Source of the DNA: Bacilli bacterium
GTDB taxonomy: Bacteria; Bacillota_I; Bacilli_A; ML615J-28; CAG-698
Direction of reading: 5' to 3'
DNA length: 64,000 nucleotides
NCBI GenBank assembly: GCA_050953065.1
Contig: JBMNLZ010000002.1
Coordinates: 384,001 to 448,000, forward strand
Shown here: positions 51,244 through 61,056 of the stretch, piece by piece
How the letters are laid out: every line of letters starts with the position of its first letter
How positions within the stretch are numbered: the stretch's first letter is position 1
The notes under the pieces: generated by a model
What the model was told of the DNA's origin: nothing
Seen by the model: only the letters and a program-made list of their open reading frames with translations
Database searches by the model: none
Position numbers and translations under genes: made by a program

Positions 51244-53138
51244 AAAATAAATTAGGATTAATTATTATTTGTATAGTTTCGTTTTTTTTATTTGTTGGTT
51301 GTAAATCAAATACAACAGATGAATTAGAAAATATTAACCAAATTGTTTCTTGGCTAGAAGAAGAACTTCCTAATATGACAAGAGAAGATTTAGTCTTACC
51401 TAGTACTCATCCTATATTAGGAGGAGAGATTACTTGGACTTCGGTTGATCCTTTGATAATATCAAATACTGGTAAGATAGTTGATTCAAATAGCAATAAA
51501 GAAGCGATGTTAGAATATAAGATTGTATTAGGAAAGCATGTAAGAACTGACTTTTTAGAAGTTTTTGTTGTTAGTAAAACAATAGATGATGCTGCAGAAG
51601 AATTTAGTTCACAGTTTGCTGCTATTATTGCTCGAGATTATAATTTAAAAACTTCATTTTTTGATGCATATACTGTTACTTGGGAAAGTAGTGATGAAGA
51701 AGTATTTTCTAATGAAGGAGTTTTTACATCACCATTTAATGCAACAACTATCACAATTTCTTATACAGTTACTGCTATTAATCCAATTGAAAGTAAAAGT
51801 TATACATTAGACCTACCAGCTTATAGAATGAGAGGAGATACTCGTAAACAATATATCTTAGAAAGACTAGATTCATATTTTGATGGGAAGACGGTTTTAG
51901 ATAAAACTAAAGCACTACCTGTTGATATTGGAATAAATGGAACTAACTTAGAATGGTATGATGCCAATAACAATAAAGTAAATTCTTTAGAAGAAGTTAC
52001 TACATATATAATTCCAAATGTTGGAGTTGATTTAACAGTTAAGGTAGTAACACAAGATGAACCATTTAATGTAATGTGTCGTTATCAAACAGAAGAAAGT
52101 AATGCACAAGCTTTAATGCGAAAGATTAATTCTGTTGACTTAGTAAAAGAAATGAAAGTTGGTTGGTGTTTAGGAAATACATTTGATTCTCCATCAGAAA
52201 CTGCTTGGTCAAATCCAGTAACAACTAAGAAAATGATTGATAAGGTTAAAGAGGCTGGTTTTAATGTCTTAAGAATTCCAGTTACTTGGGAAGGCCATTT
52301 TAATACAGCAGATCCATATACAATAGATGAGGCTTGGATTTCTAGGTATCAAGAGGTTATTAATTATGCAATTGATGATGAAACATTTGTAATCTTAAAT
52401 ATGCATCATGAAAGATGGAATTCAACATCTTATGCTAATCAAGAAAGAGCTTCTCTTTTAATGGAAAAGCTTTGGACTCAAATAGGTGAAAGATTTGCTT
52501 GTTATGATGAACATTTAATCTTTGAAGGAATGAATGAACCTAGAATATATGAGGCAAGTGATTCTATTCAGTGGAGTGGATGTGAAGAGGCGTTTACAGT
52601 AATTAATCATTTAAACCAGGTTTTTGTTAATACGATTAGAAGTTTAGGTGGAAACAACTCATATAGACACCTTTTGGTTACAACAAATGGAGCTGGTACA
52701 TCAGAGGCTATTATTTCTAATTTAACTGTTCCAGAAGATCCTTATGTAATAGTTTCAGTTCATGCTTATGCTCCATATGATTTTGCTCATGATAAAACTG
52801 AAACTACTACTTGGAGTAAAGATAATTATAGTGATAGAAGTCCTATCGATAGTGTTTTTGAGCGAATCAACAATTATTTCTTAAAAGAAGGTATTGCAGT
52901 TATTATGGGAGAATTCGCAACACGTGATAAAGATAACTTAGCATCACGTTTAGAATGGTTAGAATATTACCTAACAAAAGCAACTGCTTTAGGTGTTCCT
53001 TGTCTTTGGTGGGACACAGGACAAGTTCAAACACCAGAAAATATGACATTCTCTATTTTTAATAGAGTAACATCTACATGGTTATTCCCTGAGATTGTTC
53101 AAGGATTAATGCAGTATTCAAAGCAATTTGGTGAATAA
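51240..53138 (+). CDS. GH5 endoglucanase-family lipoprotein with N-terminal Ig-like stalk domains
   Basis: Lipobox FVGC; GWCLGNTFD, RIPVTW, NMHHE, acid/base NEP, HAYAP, nucleophile GEF and WWD motifs. Confidence 0.9.
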   Translation: MKNKLGLIIICIVSFFLFVGCKSNTTDELENINQIVSWLEEELPNMTREDLVLPSTHPILGGEITWTSVDPLIISNTGKIVDSNSNKEAMLEYKIVLGKHVRTDFLEVFVVSKTIDDAAEEFSSQFAAIIARDYNLKTSFFDAYTVTWESSDEEVFSNEGVFTSPFNATTITISYTVTAINPIESKSYTLDLPAYRMRGDTRKQYILERLDSYFDGKTVLDKTKALPVDIGINGTNLEWYDANNNKVNSLEEVTTYIIPNVGVDLTVKVVTQDEPFNVMCRYQTEESNAQALMRKINSVDLVKEMKVGWCLGNTFDSPSETAWSNPVTTKKMIDKVKEAGFNVLRIPVTWEGHFNTADPYTIDEAWISRYQEVINYAIDDETFVILNMHHERWNSTSYANQERASLLMEKLWTQIGERFACYDEHLIFEGMNEPRIYEASDSIQWSGCEEAFTVINHLNQVFVNTIRSLGGNNSYRHLLVTTNGAGTSEAIISNLTVPEDPYVIVSVHAYAPYDFAHDKTETTTWSKDNYSDRSPIDSVFERINNYFLKEGIAVIMGEFATRDKDNLASRLEWLEYYLTKATALGVPCLWWDTGQVQTPENMTFSIFNRVTSTWLFPEIVQGLMQYSKQFGE

Positions 53139-53245
53139 AAAATTTTAAAAGAAAAATTTATAAAAATATAAAAAAAACAATAATTTTTCTTATAAGGGCG
53201 TTTTTTGGTACCACCAAAATGTTATACTTAAATTGGAGGTATAAC

Positions 53246-53893
53246 ATGAAAGAAAATCTTACTGAATTAGTATTTATACTTGATCGTAGTGAATCTATGG
53301 GTGGTTTAGAAGAAAGCACAATTTTAGGGTATAATAATCTTATTGAAAAACAAAAACAAGAAAAAGGTGAAGTTGTTTTAACAACAGTTTTATTTAATGA
53401 TTCTTTGAAAGTAATTCACGATAGCATTGATATTAAAAGTGTAAAGCCATTAACAAAAGAGGAATACTATGTTGGAGGTTGTACAGCATTACTTGATGCA
53501 ATCGGCAGAAGCATTGTTTCAATTGGCAACAAGCTAAATAAAACTAAAGAAGAATTGCGTCCTTCAAAAGTGTTGTTTGTTATTACAACAGATGGAATGG
53601 AGAATGCAAGCTATGAGTATAGTTTTATGAAAGTAAAAGAAATGATAAAGCATCAGACTAAAAAATATAGTTGGGAATTTTTGTTTTTAGGAGCTAATAT
53701 TGATGCAATTGGAGTAGCAGAAGATATTGGAATTAAAGCAAATCGAGCCGTTCGTTATAATAATGATTTTGAAGGAATAGACTTAAATTATATGGTGCTA
53801 GGTGAATATATTTCTGATTTTATAGAATCTGGTGAAATTGATGATAATTGGAAAGAAAAAATAGAAGAAGACTATAAAAATCGTAGTAAATAA
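53246..53893 (+). CDS. von Willebrand factor A domain protein
   Basis: MIDAS DRSES, TALLDAIG, ITTDGMENAS and WEFLFLGAN; GGAGGT RBS before ATG 53246. Confidence 0.88.
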   Translation: MKENLTELVFILDRSESMGGLEESTILGYNNLIEKQKQEKGEVVLTTVLFNDSLKVIHDSIDIKSVKPLTKEEYYVGGCTALLDAIGRSIVSIGNKLNKTKEELRPSKVLFVITTDGMENASYEYSFMKVKEMIKHQTKKYSWEFLFLGANIDAIGVAEDIGIKANRAVRYNNDFEGIDLNYMVLGEYISDFIESGEIDDNWKEKIEEDYKNRSK

Positions 53894-53913
53894 AACAGTT
53901 TTAAGGCACTTAT

Positions 53914-53963
53914 ATTTATGACATTTATGACAAAAGATTTATGACATTTTATTGTCATAAATC
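53914..53963. repeat. Three direct copies of ATTTATGACA plus one inverted copy
   Basis: Copies at 53914, 53923 and 53937; inverse TGTCATAAAT at 53953; 11-bp palindrome arms gatttatgaca/tgtcataaatc with a 6-nt spacer. Confidence 0.85.
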
Positions 53964-53976
53964 AATATTAGTTGTA

Positions 53977-54054
53977 ATGCTTAACCAATTAAGATAAGAT
54001 TTAATAGTTGAAAGAGTTAGTAGAACAATAGGATATTAGAAAGTCAAAAAATAG
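53977..54054 (+). pseudogene. Possible degraded 3' end of a winged-HTH (Fic/RecG-like C-terminus) gene
   Basis: Reads MLNQLR*DLIVERVSRTIGY*KVKK*, resembling the ..IERVGS.K.GYWKV terminus also seen in ORF 3693 (VKYVGSAKTGKWLV). Confidence 0.35.
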
Positions 54055-54210
54055 TCTTTGATAAATGTTTAAATTATAAATTATTATATGTTATAAAAGA
54101 ATTGATGTTTTTAATACATTAATCCTTTTATTTTGTTTAAAAAAATATAGAAATCTTTACAAAACTCTTACATTTTGGTATCATAGATGTTAGTAAAGGA
54201 GAAGTAAAGA

Positions 54211-56022
54211 ATGAAAATAAAAACTTTTTTATTTATTTTATTAGCAAGTTTATTTGTATTTACAGGGTGTAAGACTAAAGAAATTGAAGAATTTACAATT
54301 AAATTCATCAATTGGGATGAAACAGTACTTTCTGAATTGATATTAGAAAAAGGAGCAACAATTACAGCTCCAGCAGACCCAACACGTGAGGGGTATGAGT
54401 TTGTAGGGTGGGATAAAACTTTTTCAACTGCAAATAGTGAAGTAGTTATAACTGCTCAGTTTAATAAGTTAGCTTATACAGTTAAATTCTATGATGCAAA
54501 TGGCGCTGTATTAAAACAAGAAATTGTTGAATATGGAGATGATGCAACAGCTCCAGCAAATCCTAAAAAAGCAGGCTATGATTTTGTAGCTTGGGATAAA
54601 GCATTTACAAATGTTAAGTCTAATTTAGATGTTAATCCTGTTTTTGAAGAAGGCTCATATAAACTTAGTTTTTATGATGGGGCTACTCCATTAACACTTG
54701 GTGTTAATTCATATAAAAGAACAGAAGAATTAGTATTACCAACACCTACTAAAGAAGGATATGCTTTTGTTGGTTGGTTCGTATCAGATATTTCATTTTA
54801 TGAAATTACTAAATTAGATGCATCTTTTAAAGGTGATTTAAAGTTATATAGTAGATGGGTAAGAACTGCTCAAAGTAATTTAACAGCACCTGCTAATGTT
54901 GGTGAGTTTACTCAAATTATTAAGAAACCTCACTCAAGTGGAGCAGGATTTGTTTATCAACCAGAGTTTCCATCGGGTGCTAGTACCACTTCAGTTACTC
55001 AATATGATTGGGCAAGTAGTGATGCAACAGTTGCTACAGTTAGTCAATGGTCATCAATTTCAACTGCATCAATTGGTTATGCTATAATTACAGCAACTTT
55101 AAAAACAGATTCAAATATTGTTTATTGGTGTGTAATTAAAACTACAGCTGATGGGGTTGTTAAAGCTAGTTTAGAAGAAGCAAATGCTCCTAGTTTTGTA
55201 ACTGCAACATTTAAATTAAGTGAAACTGAAGAAGTAGAAAAAATCGTTCAAAAGGGTGGTTTTGCGATTGCTCCAACTCCTTATGAAAAAGAAGGGTATA
55301 TCTTTACTGGTTGGAAAGGTGAAGCAGACGAAACAATCTATAATATTACTAAAGATACAACATTTATCCCTACATATGAAGAAGGTACAAACTCATATGC
55401 AGGTAAAACTATCAGTCTTATTGGTGATAGCATTACTACGTATAATGGATATATTCCATCAGGATTTGCATATTTCTATCCTTATGCAACAGCAGATTTA
55501 GCTGATGTAAATCAAACATGGTGGATGCAATTTATTAATTACTTTGGAATGAAGTTATTAGTTAATAATGCATGGAGTGGATCTGCAGTAGCAGGAGATG
55601 CTCAATCAGCTGCTCAAAAAGTTTCTAGAACAGATTATACATTCATAGGAGAAGTAAAACCTGATGTAATTGTAATTATGATGGGAGCAAACGATGCAGG
55701 AAGTTCTTATATTAATTTAAGTCAATTTGAAGCAGCTTATAATGTGATGCTTAATAATTTAAAAACATCTTGTCCAGATTCTGAAATAATTCTTTGTACT
55801 CTTCCTTCAATCACACTTTATTCAGAAGAAGATCAAATAGCTTATAATAATGTAATTAAAGCTTATGCAACAAACAATGATTATAAAGTAATTGATTTTG
55901 CAGATGCATTTACACGTGATGAAGTTGGCACTTATTTAGTTGACTCTGCTCATCCAAACAAATCTGGAATGGATAAAATGGCAGAAACTGCAATTGATGA
56001 CTTTAAAACTGCAATTAAATAA
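54211..56022 (+). CDS. Lipoprotein with InlB B/Flg_new-type repeats, an Ig-like domain and an SGNH/GDSL hydrolase domain
   Basis: Lipobox FTGC; P.(R/K)EGY.F.GW repeats; SGNH blocks GDSIT, SGS, GAND and DSAHPN. Confidence 0.88.
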   Translation: MKIKTFLFILLASLFVFTGCKTKEIEEFTIKFINWDETVLSELILEKGATITAPADPTREGYEFVGWDKTFSTANSEVVITAQFNKLAYTVKFYDANGAVLKQEIVEYGDDATAPANPKKAGYDFVAWDKAFTNVKSNLDVNPVFEEGSYKLSFYDGATPLTLGVNSYKRTEELVLPTPTKEGYAFVGWFVSDISFYEITKLDASFKGDLKLYSRWVRTAQSNLTAPANVGEFTQIIKKPHSSGAGFVYQPEFPSGASTTSVTQYDWASSDATVATVSQWSSISTASIGYAIITATLKTDSNIVYWCVIKTTADGVVKASLEEANAPSFVTATFKLSETEEVEKIVQKGGFAIAPTPYEKEGYIFTGWKGEADETIYNITKDTTFIPTYEEGTNSYAGKTISLIGDSITTYNGYIPSGFAYFYPYATADLADVNQTWWMQFINYFGMKLLVNNAWSGSAVAGDAQSAAQKVSRTDYTFIGEVKPDVIVIMMGANDAGSSYINLSQFEAAYNVMLNNLKTSCPDSEIILCTLPSITLYSEEDQIAYNNVIKAYATNNDYKVIDFADAFTRDEVGTYLVDSAHPNKSGMDKMAETAIDDFKTAIK

Positions 56023-56042
56023 TTAAAAGTTAATTATATTTT

Positions 56043-56080
56043 AAAATACTAGACTTAAAAAAACTTAAGTCTAGTATTTT
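56043..56080 (+). terminator. Hairpin/terminator between the two SGNH paralogs
   Basis: aaaatactagacttaa...ttaagtctagtatttt. Confidence 0.75.
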
Positions 56081-56128
56081 TTATATACATTTGATAAAAT
56101 ATAACTATAAAAAGAGGAGAATAATAAA

Positions 56129-58867
56129 ATGAGATTTCTAAAAAGTTTATTATTATTACTAGTTTTAGGACTACTTTTAATGGGTTGTGAGTTTGTGCAA
56201 GTACAAAAGTATACCGTTACTTTTATGGATGATGGTGTAGAAATTACTAAAGTTACAGTTATAGAAGGTTCTAATGTAACAGCTCCAGCAAGCCCAACAA
56301 AAGAAGGTTTTATTTTTACTGGTTGGGATAAAGATTTCACAAATGTTCAATCTAATCTAGTAGTTAATGCTGTTTTTGCAAAAGAAACATATACAGTTGT
56401 GTTTAGAGTAGATGGGGTTCAACAAGGAGAGGCTCAAATAGTTAATTATGGAGAAACAGCAACTTCACCTGTTGTTCCTAAAAAAGAAGGATTTAAATTT
56501 GTGGGTTGGGATAAGGCTTTTGATAATGTTCAAGGTGATTTAGTAGTTAATGCAATTTATGTTGATTCTAATACAGTAACATATACAGTTGTATTTAGAG
56601 TAGATGGAGTTCAACAAGGTAATGTTCAAATAATTACTCATGGTTCATCAGCAACTTCACCAGCAAATCCAACAAAAGAAGGTTTTACTTTTACAGGTTG
56701 GGATAAAGATTTTACTAATGTTACCTCTAATTTAGAAATTAATGCTGTTTTTGTGTCAAATACAGCAACAACTTTTACAGTTGTTTTTAAAGTTGATGGA
56801 GTTCAACGTGGAAATATTCAAACAGTTGCTAAAGGTGAATCAGCAATGCCACCAACAAATATTACAAAAGTAGGATTTAAATTTGTAGGTTGGGATAGAG
56901 ACTTTACTAATATTCAATCTGATTTAGTGATTAATGCAGTATTTGTTGCTCAATATACGGTTGTTTTTAAAGTAGATGGGATTCAAATGTTTCCTACTCA
57001 AACAGTTAGTCATGGTGAAACATCAAATGCTCCTCTTAATCCAACTAAAACTGGATATGAATTTATAGGTTGGGATAAACCATATACAAACGTTACCTCT
57101 AATTTAGAAATTAATGCTATTTTTAAAGTGCTTAAATATAATGTTTTATTTAAAGTTGATGGAGCGACTGTCTCAACTCAAGCAATTGAATATGGCAAGG
57201 GAGCAACAGCACCAGCAAATCCAACAAAAGAAGGTTTTGCATTTATAGGTTGGGATAAAAGTTTTTCTAATATTACATCTGAATTAGTTGTTAATGCTAT
57301 GTTTGCTGTTCAATATACAGTTGTTTTCAAAGTAGATGGAGCAGTTGTTTCAACTCAAACTGTTAATCATGGCGCAGCAGCAACAGCACCAGCAAGCCCA
57401 TCTAAAATAGGCTATACATTTACTGGATGGGATAAGACATTTATTAATGTTACATCAAATTTAGAAATTAATGCAGTGTTTGTACCAGTGGGTGGCGAAA
57501 CATCATATGCTCTTAATTTCTATGATGGTACAACTAAATTATCACTAGGTGTTAGTTCATATAAACCTTCAGAAGAAATAACTTTACCAGTACCTACTAA
57601 AGCAGGTTATGCTTTTGTAGGGTGGTTTTTATCAGATATCTCACTTTGTGAAATTGCGAAGATACAAAGTTCGTTTAATTATGATTTAACTTTATATAGT
57701 AGATGGATTAGTACGCAACAAAGTCAGTTAACAGCTCCAGCTAATGTTGGAGAGTTTACTCAAATAAATAAAAACCCACATTCAAGTGGGTCTGGTTATG
57801 TATATCAACCTGTTTTTCCATCAGGAGCTAGTACATCGGTTACGTTATACAATTGGGCAAGTAGTAATACAAGCGTTGCTACAATTAGTGCATATTCATC
57901 AATCTCAATTGCATCAGCTGGGTATGCTATCATTACTGCAACTTTAAAAACAAATTCAAGTGTTGTTTATTGGTGTGTAATTAAAACTTCAGCTGATGGA
58001 GTTGTTAAATCTAGTTTAGAAGAAGCAAATGCTCCAAATTATGTAACGGTTACTTTTAAATTAAGTGATACTCAAACAGTCCAAAAGCCTGTATTAAAGG
58101 GAGGCTTTGCAGTTGCACCAACACCACTTCCAAAATTTGGTCACATTTTTACTGGTTGGGTTGGTCAAAATGGTGAAACCATTTATAATATTTCAAAAAA
58201 TACTACATTTATTCCAACATATGAGGTAGGCGCAAATTCATATGCTGGAAAAACAATTAGTGTTTTAGGGGATAGTATTACAACATATGCAGGATACATT
58301 CCTACAGGTTTTCCATATTTTTATCCTTATCCAACTGCAGAATTATCAGATGTAAATCAAACATGGTGGATGCAATTTATTAATTATTTTGGAATGAAGT
58401 TATTAGTTGATAATGCATATAGTGGTAGTACAGTTACAGGTACTGGTTCTTCAGCTGCTCAAACTACAACTAGATTATCACATTTATATATTGGTGATAT
58501 AAAGCCTGATGTTGTTTTAATCCTAATGGGAGCAAATGATGCAGGAAGTTCTTATATTACATTAAGTCAATTTAATACTGCATATGGAATTATGATTAAC
58601 AATATTAAGTCAGCTTCACCAAATTCTGAAATCATCCTTTGTACTCTTCCTTCAATTACTCTTTATACTGAGGCTGATCAAATATCTTATAATAATGCAA
58701 TAAAACAACATGCTACAACTAATAGTTTAAAAGTTTTAGATTTTGCAAAAGCATTTACTCGTGCAGAAAGCACAACTTACTTAGTTGATTCTGCTCATCC
58801 AAATAAAGCTGGAATGATAAAGATAGCTAATGTTGCAATTGCTGACTTTAAAGCTGTTATTAAATAA
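56129..58867 (+). CDS. Paralogous SGNH/GDSL lipoprotein with an expanded InlB B-type repeat array
   Basis: Lipobox LMGC; seven YTVVF.VDG...GWDK repeats; C-terminal part closely similar to 54211..56022. Confidence 0.88.
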   Translation: MRFLKSLLLLLVLGLLLMGCEFVQVQKYTVTFMDDGVEITKVTVIEGSNVTAPASPTKEGFIFTGWDKDFTNVQSNLVVNAVFAKETYTVVFRVDGVQQGEAQIVNYGETATSPVVPKKEGFKFVGWDKAFDNVQGDLVVNAIYVDSNTVTYTVVFRVDGVQQGNVQIITHGSSATSPANPTKEGFTFTGWDKDFTNVTSNLEINAVFVSNTATTFTVVFKVDGVQRGNIQTVAKGESAMPPTNITKVGFKFVGWDRDFTNIQSDLVINAVFVAQYTVVFKVDGIQMFPTQTVSHGETSNAPLNPTKTGYEFIGWDKPYTNVTSNLEINAIFKVLKYNVLFKVDGATVSTQAIEYGKGATAPANPTKEGFAFIGWDKSFSNITSELVVNAMFAVQYTVVFKVDGAVVSTQTVNHGAAATAPASPSKIGYTFTGWDKTFINVTSNLEINAVFVPVGGETSYALNFYDGTTKLSLGVSSYKPSEEITLPVPTKAGYAFVGWFLSDISLCEIAKIQSSFNYDLTLYSRWISTQQSQLTAPANVGEFTQINKNPHSSGSGYVYQPVFPSGASTSVTLYNWASSNTSVATISAYSSISIASAGYAIITATLKTNSSVVYWCVIKTSADGVVKSSLEEANAPNYVTVTFKLSDTQTVQKPVLKGGFAVAPTPLPKFGHIFTGWVGQNGETIYNISKNTTFIPTYEVGANSYAGKTISVLGDSITTYAGYIPTGFPYFYPYPTAELSDVNQTWWMQFINYFGMKLLVDNAYSGSTVTGTGSSAAQTTTRLSHLYIGDIKPDVVLILMGANDAGSSYITLSQFNTAYGIMINNIKSASPNSEIILCTLPSITLYTEADQISYNNAIKQHATTNSLKVLDFAKAFTRAESTTYLVDSAHPNKAGMIKIANVAIADFKAVIK

Positions 58868-58873
58868 AATAAA

Positions 58874-58903
58874 AAAAGCACAAATTTAAAAATTTGTGCT
58901 TTT
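58874..58903. terminator. Bidirectional terminator
   Basis: aaaagcacaaattt-aa-aaatttgtgctttt between convergent genes. Confidence 0.8.
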
Positions 58904-59345
58904 ATTTCATCCATTCAAACATATTATAATAAGTTTCATACATTCCAAGTTTTGTATATGTTTTTTTAGCGACTTGATTATTTTTTTCTACATAAAGTCT
59001 TAAACCACAAACATCTTTTTGTTTAAAAGCTTCCTCTTTAACAAATTCAAATAGAGCTTGAAAAATACCTTTTTGGCGAGAATCTTTATTAACATATACA
59101 CTTTGGATCCACCAAAAGTTAGCGTTTCGCCAATCACTCCATTCAAAAGTAACAAGCAATTGTCCTAAGATTCCACCCTTTTCTTCATAGACATAATAAC
59201 GTCCTTTACTTGGATCATTTAAGACTGCTCTAACACCCTTTGTAACAATGTTTTTTTGCAGGTCTAAATCTTCAGTTTCTTCAGCTAAAGCCATATTATA
59301 CTCGATAATGCTTCGTTCGTCTTTTAAGTTTGCTATTCTTATCAT
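58902..59345 (-). CDS. GNAT-family N-acetyltransferase
   Basis: EWSDWRN, WIQSVYV, RQKGIF and RLYVE..N..A..TY..LGM motifs. Confidence 0.9.
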   Translation of the reverse strand: MIRIANLKDERSIIEYNMALAEETEDLDLQKNIVTKGVRAVLNDPSKGRYYVYEEKGGILGQLLVTFEWSDWRNANFWWIQSVYVNKDSRQKGIFQALFEFVKEEAFKQKDVCGLRLYVEKNNQVAKKTYTKLGMYETYYNMFEWMK

Positions 59346-59433
59346 AATTAGTTTACCTCTTAAAAGTATTATAGTATAATTAAATCTTTTTGTAAAGAAG
59401 AGGAAATTAAGAAAACTAAGTAGTTTTCACTAC

Positions 59434-60888
59434 TTAGTTTGTTTTATCTATTAACTTATTAATTAGACTTAAGAATTCTTTTTTATAGACATCATTTTCA
59501 ACACAGTTTAGATTATTAATACGATTTCTTGCTTGAATGAAGCTAGAGGTTCCTTTAAAACTTGAATTTCTCAAGACTAAACTTACTTCAACGATGCTTG
59601 AAATAAATAAGATATCTTCATTTGGTTCTATTACAATATCATCTTTAGAAACGCTTAAACTTTGTTCATAAATTTCTTCTTCGCCAACGGTAGGACTTTT
59701 ATAGCGTAATAGAATGTTTCCTAAATCTTTAGCCTCTGATTCTTTTAATTTGATTTCATAAATAACTGTGACTCTATGACCTGCACCAATTTCTCCAGCA
59801 TCAGTTGATTCTTCATCAAATTCTTCATCGGTTAATAATTTGTTTTCATAACCGATTATGCGAAATGAAGAAACAGTTTCTTCATTGAAAGTAATTTGAG
59901 CTTTAGCATCACGAGCAACGGTAAATAGTGTACCATTAATATCTTCAATTAGAGCTTTTTTTGCTTCAAGAATAGTATCAATATAGGCATGATTTCCATT
60001 TCCTTTACTGGCAAGAGTTTCTAGTTTATTATCTTTATAGTTACCATAGCCAAATCCTAAAACAGATAGATATATTCCTGTTTCTTTTTTTTCTGAAATA
60101 AAAGCTTCTAGGTCACTAGGTGAACTAATTCCAACATTGAAATCTCCATCAGTAGCTAAAATTACTCGGTTATTTCCACCTTCAATAAAATGTTTTTCAG
60201 CAAGTTCGTAAGCTCTTTGGATTCCTTTAGCTCCTGCAGTAGTACCACTTGCATATAAATCAGAGATAATCGCTGAAATACGAGCTTTTTCATATCCCAT
60301 ACCACCATCTAGTAAGACTTGATCACTTGATGCATAAGTAACAATCGAGATAACATCATCATCTCCTAGGGCTTCTAGTAAAAGAATAAAAGCTTCTTGA
60401 ACTAAAGGTAGGCAGTTGCTTCTATTCATTGAACCTGATACATCAAGTAAGAAAACTAAATTATTTTTTATTTCATCTTTTTCAATTGGAGCTGCTTTCA
60501 TTCCAATCATTAAAAGATTAGACTTTTCATTCCAAGGAGTTGGAATGATTGATGCTTGCATAGACATTATTTCATCATTGCTTGGATCAGCGTAATCATA
60601 AGAAAAATAATTAATCATCTCTTCAATACGAATTGCATTAGGACTGATAGTTCTATCGTTTAATACCATACTTCGAAAGTTTGAATAAGCTGCAGTTGAT
60701 GCTGACAGTGAAAAAGCAGAAGTAGTTTTAACAGAAGTATCAATAAATCTAACTTCTCCAATTTTGTTGTATTCATCTAAAGTAAGCCCATCATGAATAA
60801 AATTCATCTGAGGATAATCATAATGGCCACAACCACTAAGAGATAATAATAATCCTAGTAATAAAACAATAAACCATGTTTTTTTCAT
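59434..60888 (-). CDS. YfbK-like vWA lipoprotein (vWF_A, VWA and DUF3520 regions)
   Basis: Lipobox LSGC; IRIEEMINYF, DVSGSM, LATDGDFNVG, GYENK and DAGEIGAGH motifs; AGGAGA RBS before ATG 60888. Confidence 0.9.
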   Translation of the reverse strand: MKKTWFIVLLLGLLLSLSGCGHYDYPQMNFIHDGLTLDEYNKIGEVRFIDTSVKTTSAFSLSASTAAYSNFRSMVLNDRTISPNAIRIEEMINYFSYDYADPSNDEIMSMQASIIPTPWNEKSNLLMIGMKAAPIEKDEIKNNLVFLLDVSGSMNRSNCLPLVQEAFILLLEALGDDDVISIVTYASSDQVLLDGGMGYEKARISAIISDLYASGTTAGAKGIQRAYELAEKHFIEGGNNRVILATDGDFNVGISSPSDLEAFISEKKETGIYLSVLGFGYGNYKDNKLETLASKGNGNHAYIDTILEAKKALIEDINGTLFTVARDAKAQITFNEETVSSFRIIGYENKLLTDEEFDEESTDAGEIGAGHRVTVIYEIKLKESEAKDLGNILLRYKSPTVGEEEIYEQSLSVSKDDIVIEPNEDILFISSIVEVSLVLRNSSFKGTSSFIQARNRINNLNCVENDVYKKEFLSLINKLIDKTN

Positions 60889-61056
60889 ATTTAGTCTCCT
60901 TAAATAGTTTTTCTTGATTTCATTATACATTTTAAAAAAAGAATTGTCAAAAAAATTGGCTTTTACTAAATGATAATTTAAGAGTTAATTATGTTACTAC
61001 TAGTTAAATGAATTTTCTTTTAGTTTATAAAAAAATATGATAAAATAACTAGTAGG

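Noticed and set aside
53914-53963. CRISPR array or iterons
   Set aside because: Units are only 10 bp with no unique spacers, and no cas or rep gene is nearby
151-56340. Short antisense or alternate-frame ORFs in the track (151-465, 1388-1579, 4838-5068, 24405-24626, 25235-25420, 28579-28959, 30381-30689, 32151-32372, 32684-32938, 35057-35239, 36967-37488, 38949-39143, 40869-41072, 42045-42467, 49414-49674, 54896-55501, 56071-56340)
   Set aside because: All overlap well-supported genes, lack recognisable motifs and have the biased composition expected of shadow ORFs
56200-57490. Regularly spaced DNA repeats (ggttgggataa) as a CRISPR or diversity-generating array
   Set aside because: They are in-frame protein repeats of about 60 aa inside the lipoprotein; no reverse transcriptase or template/variable repeat pair was seen
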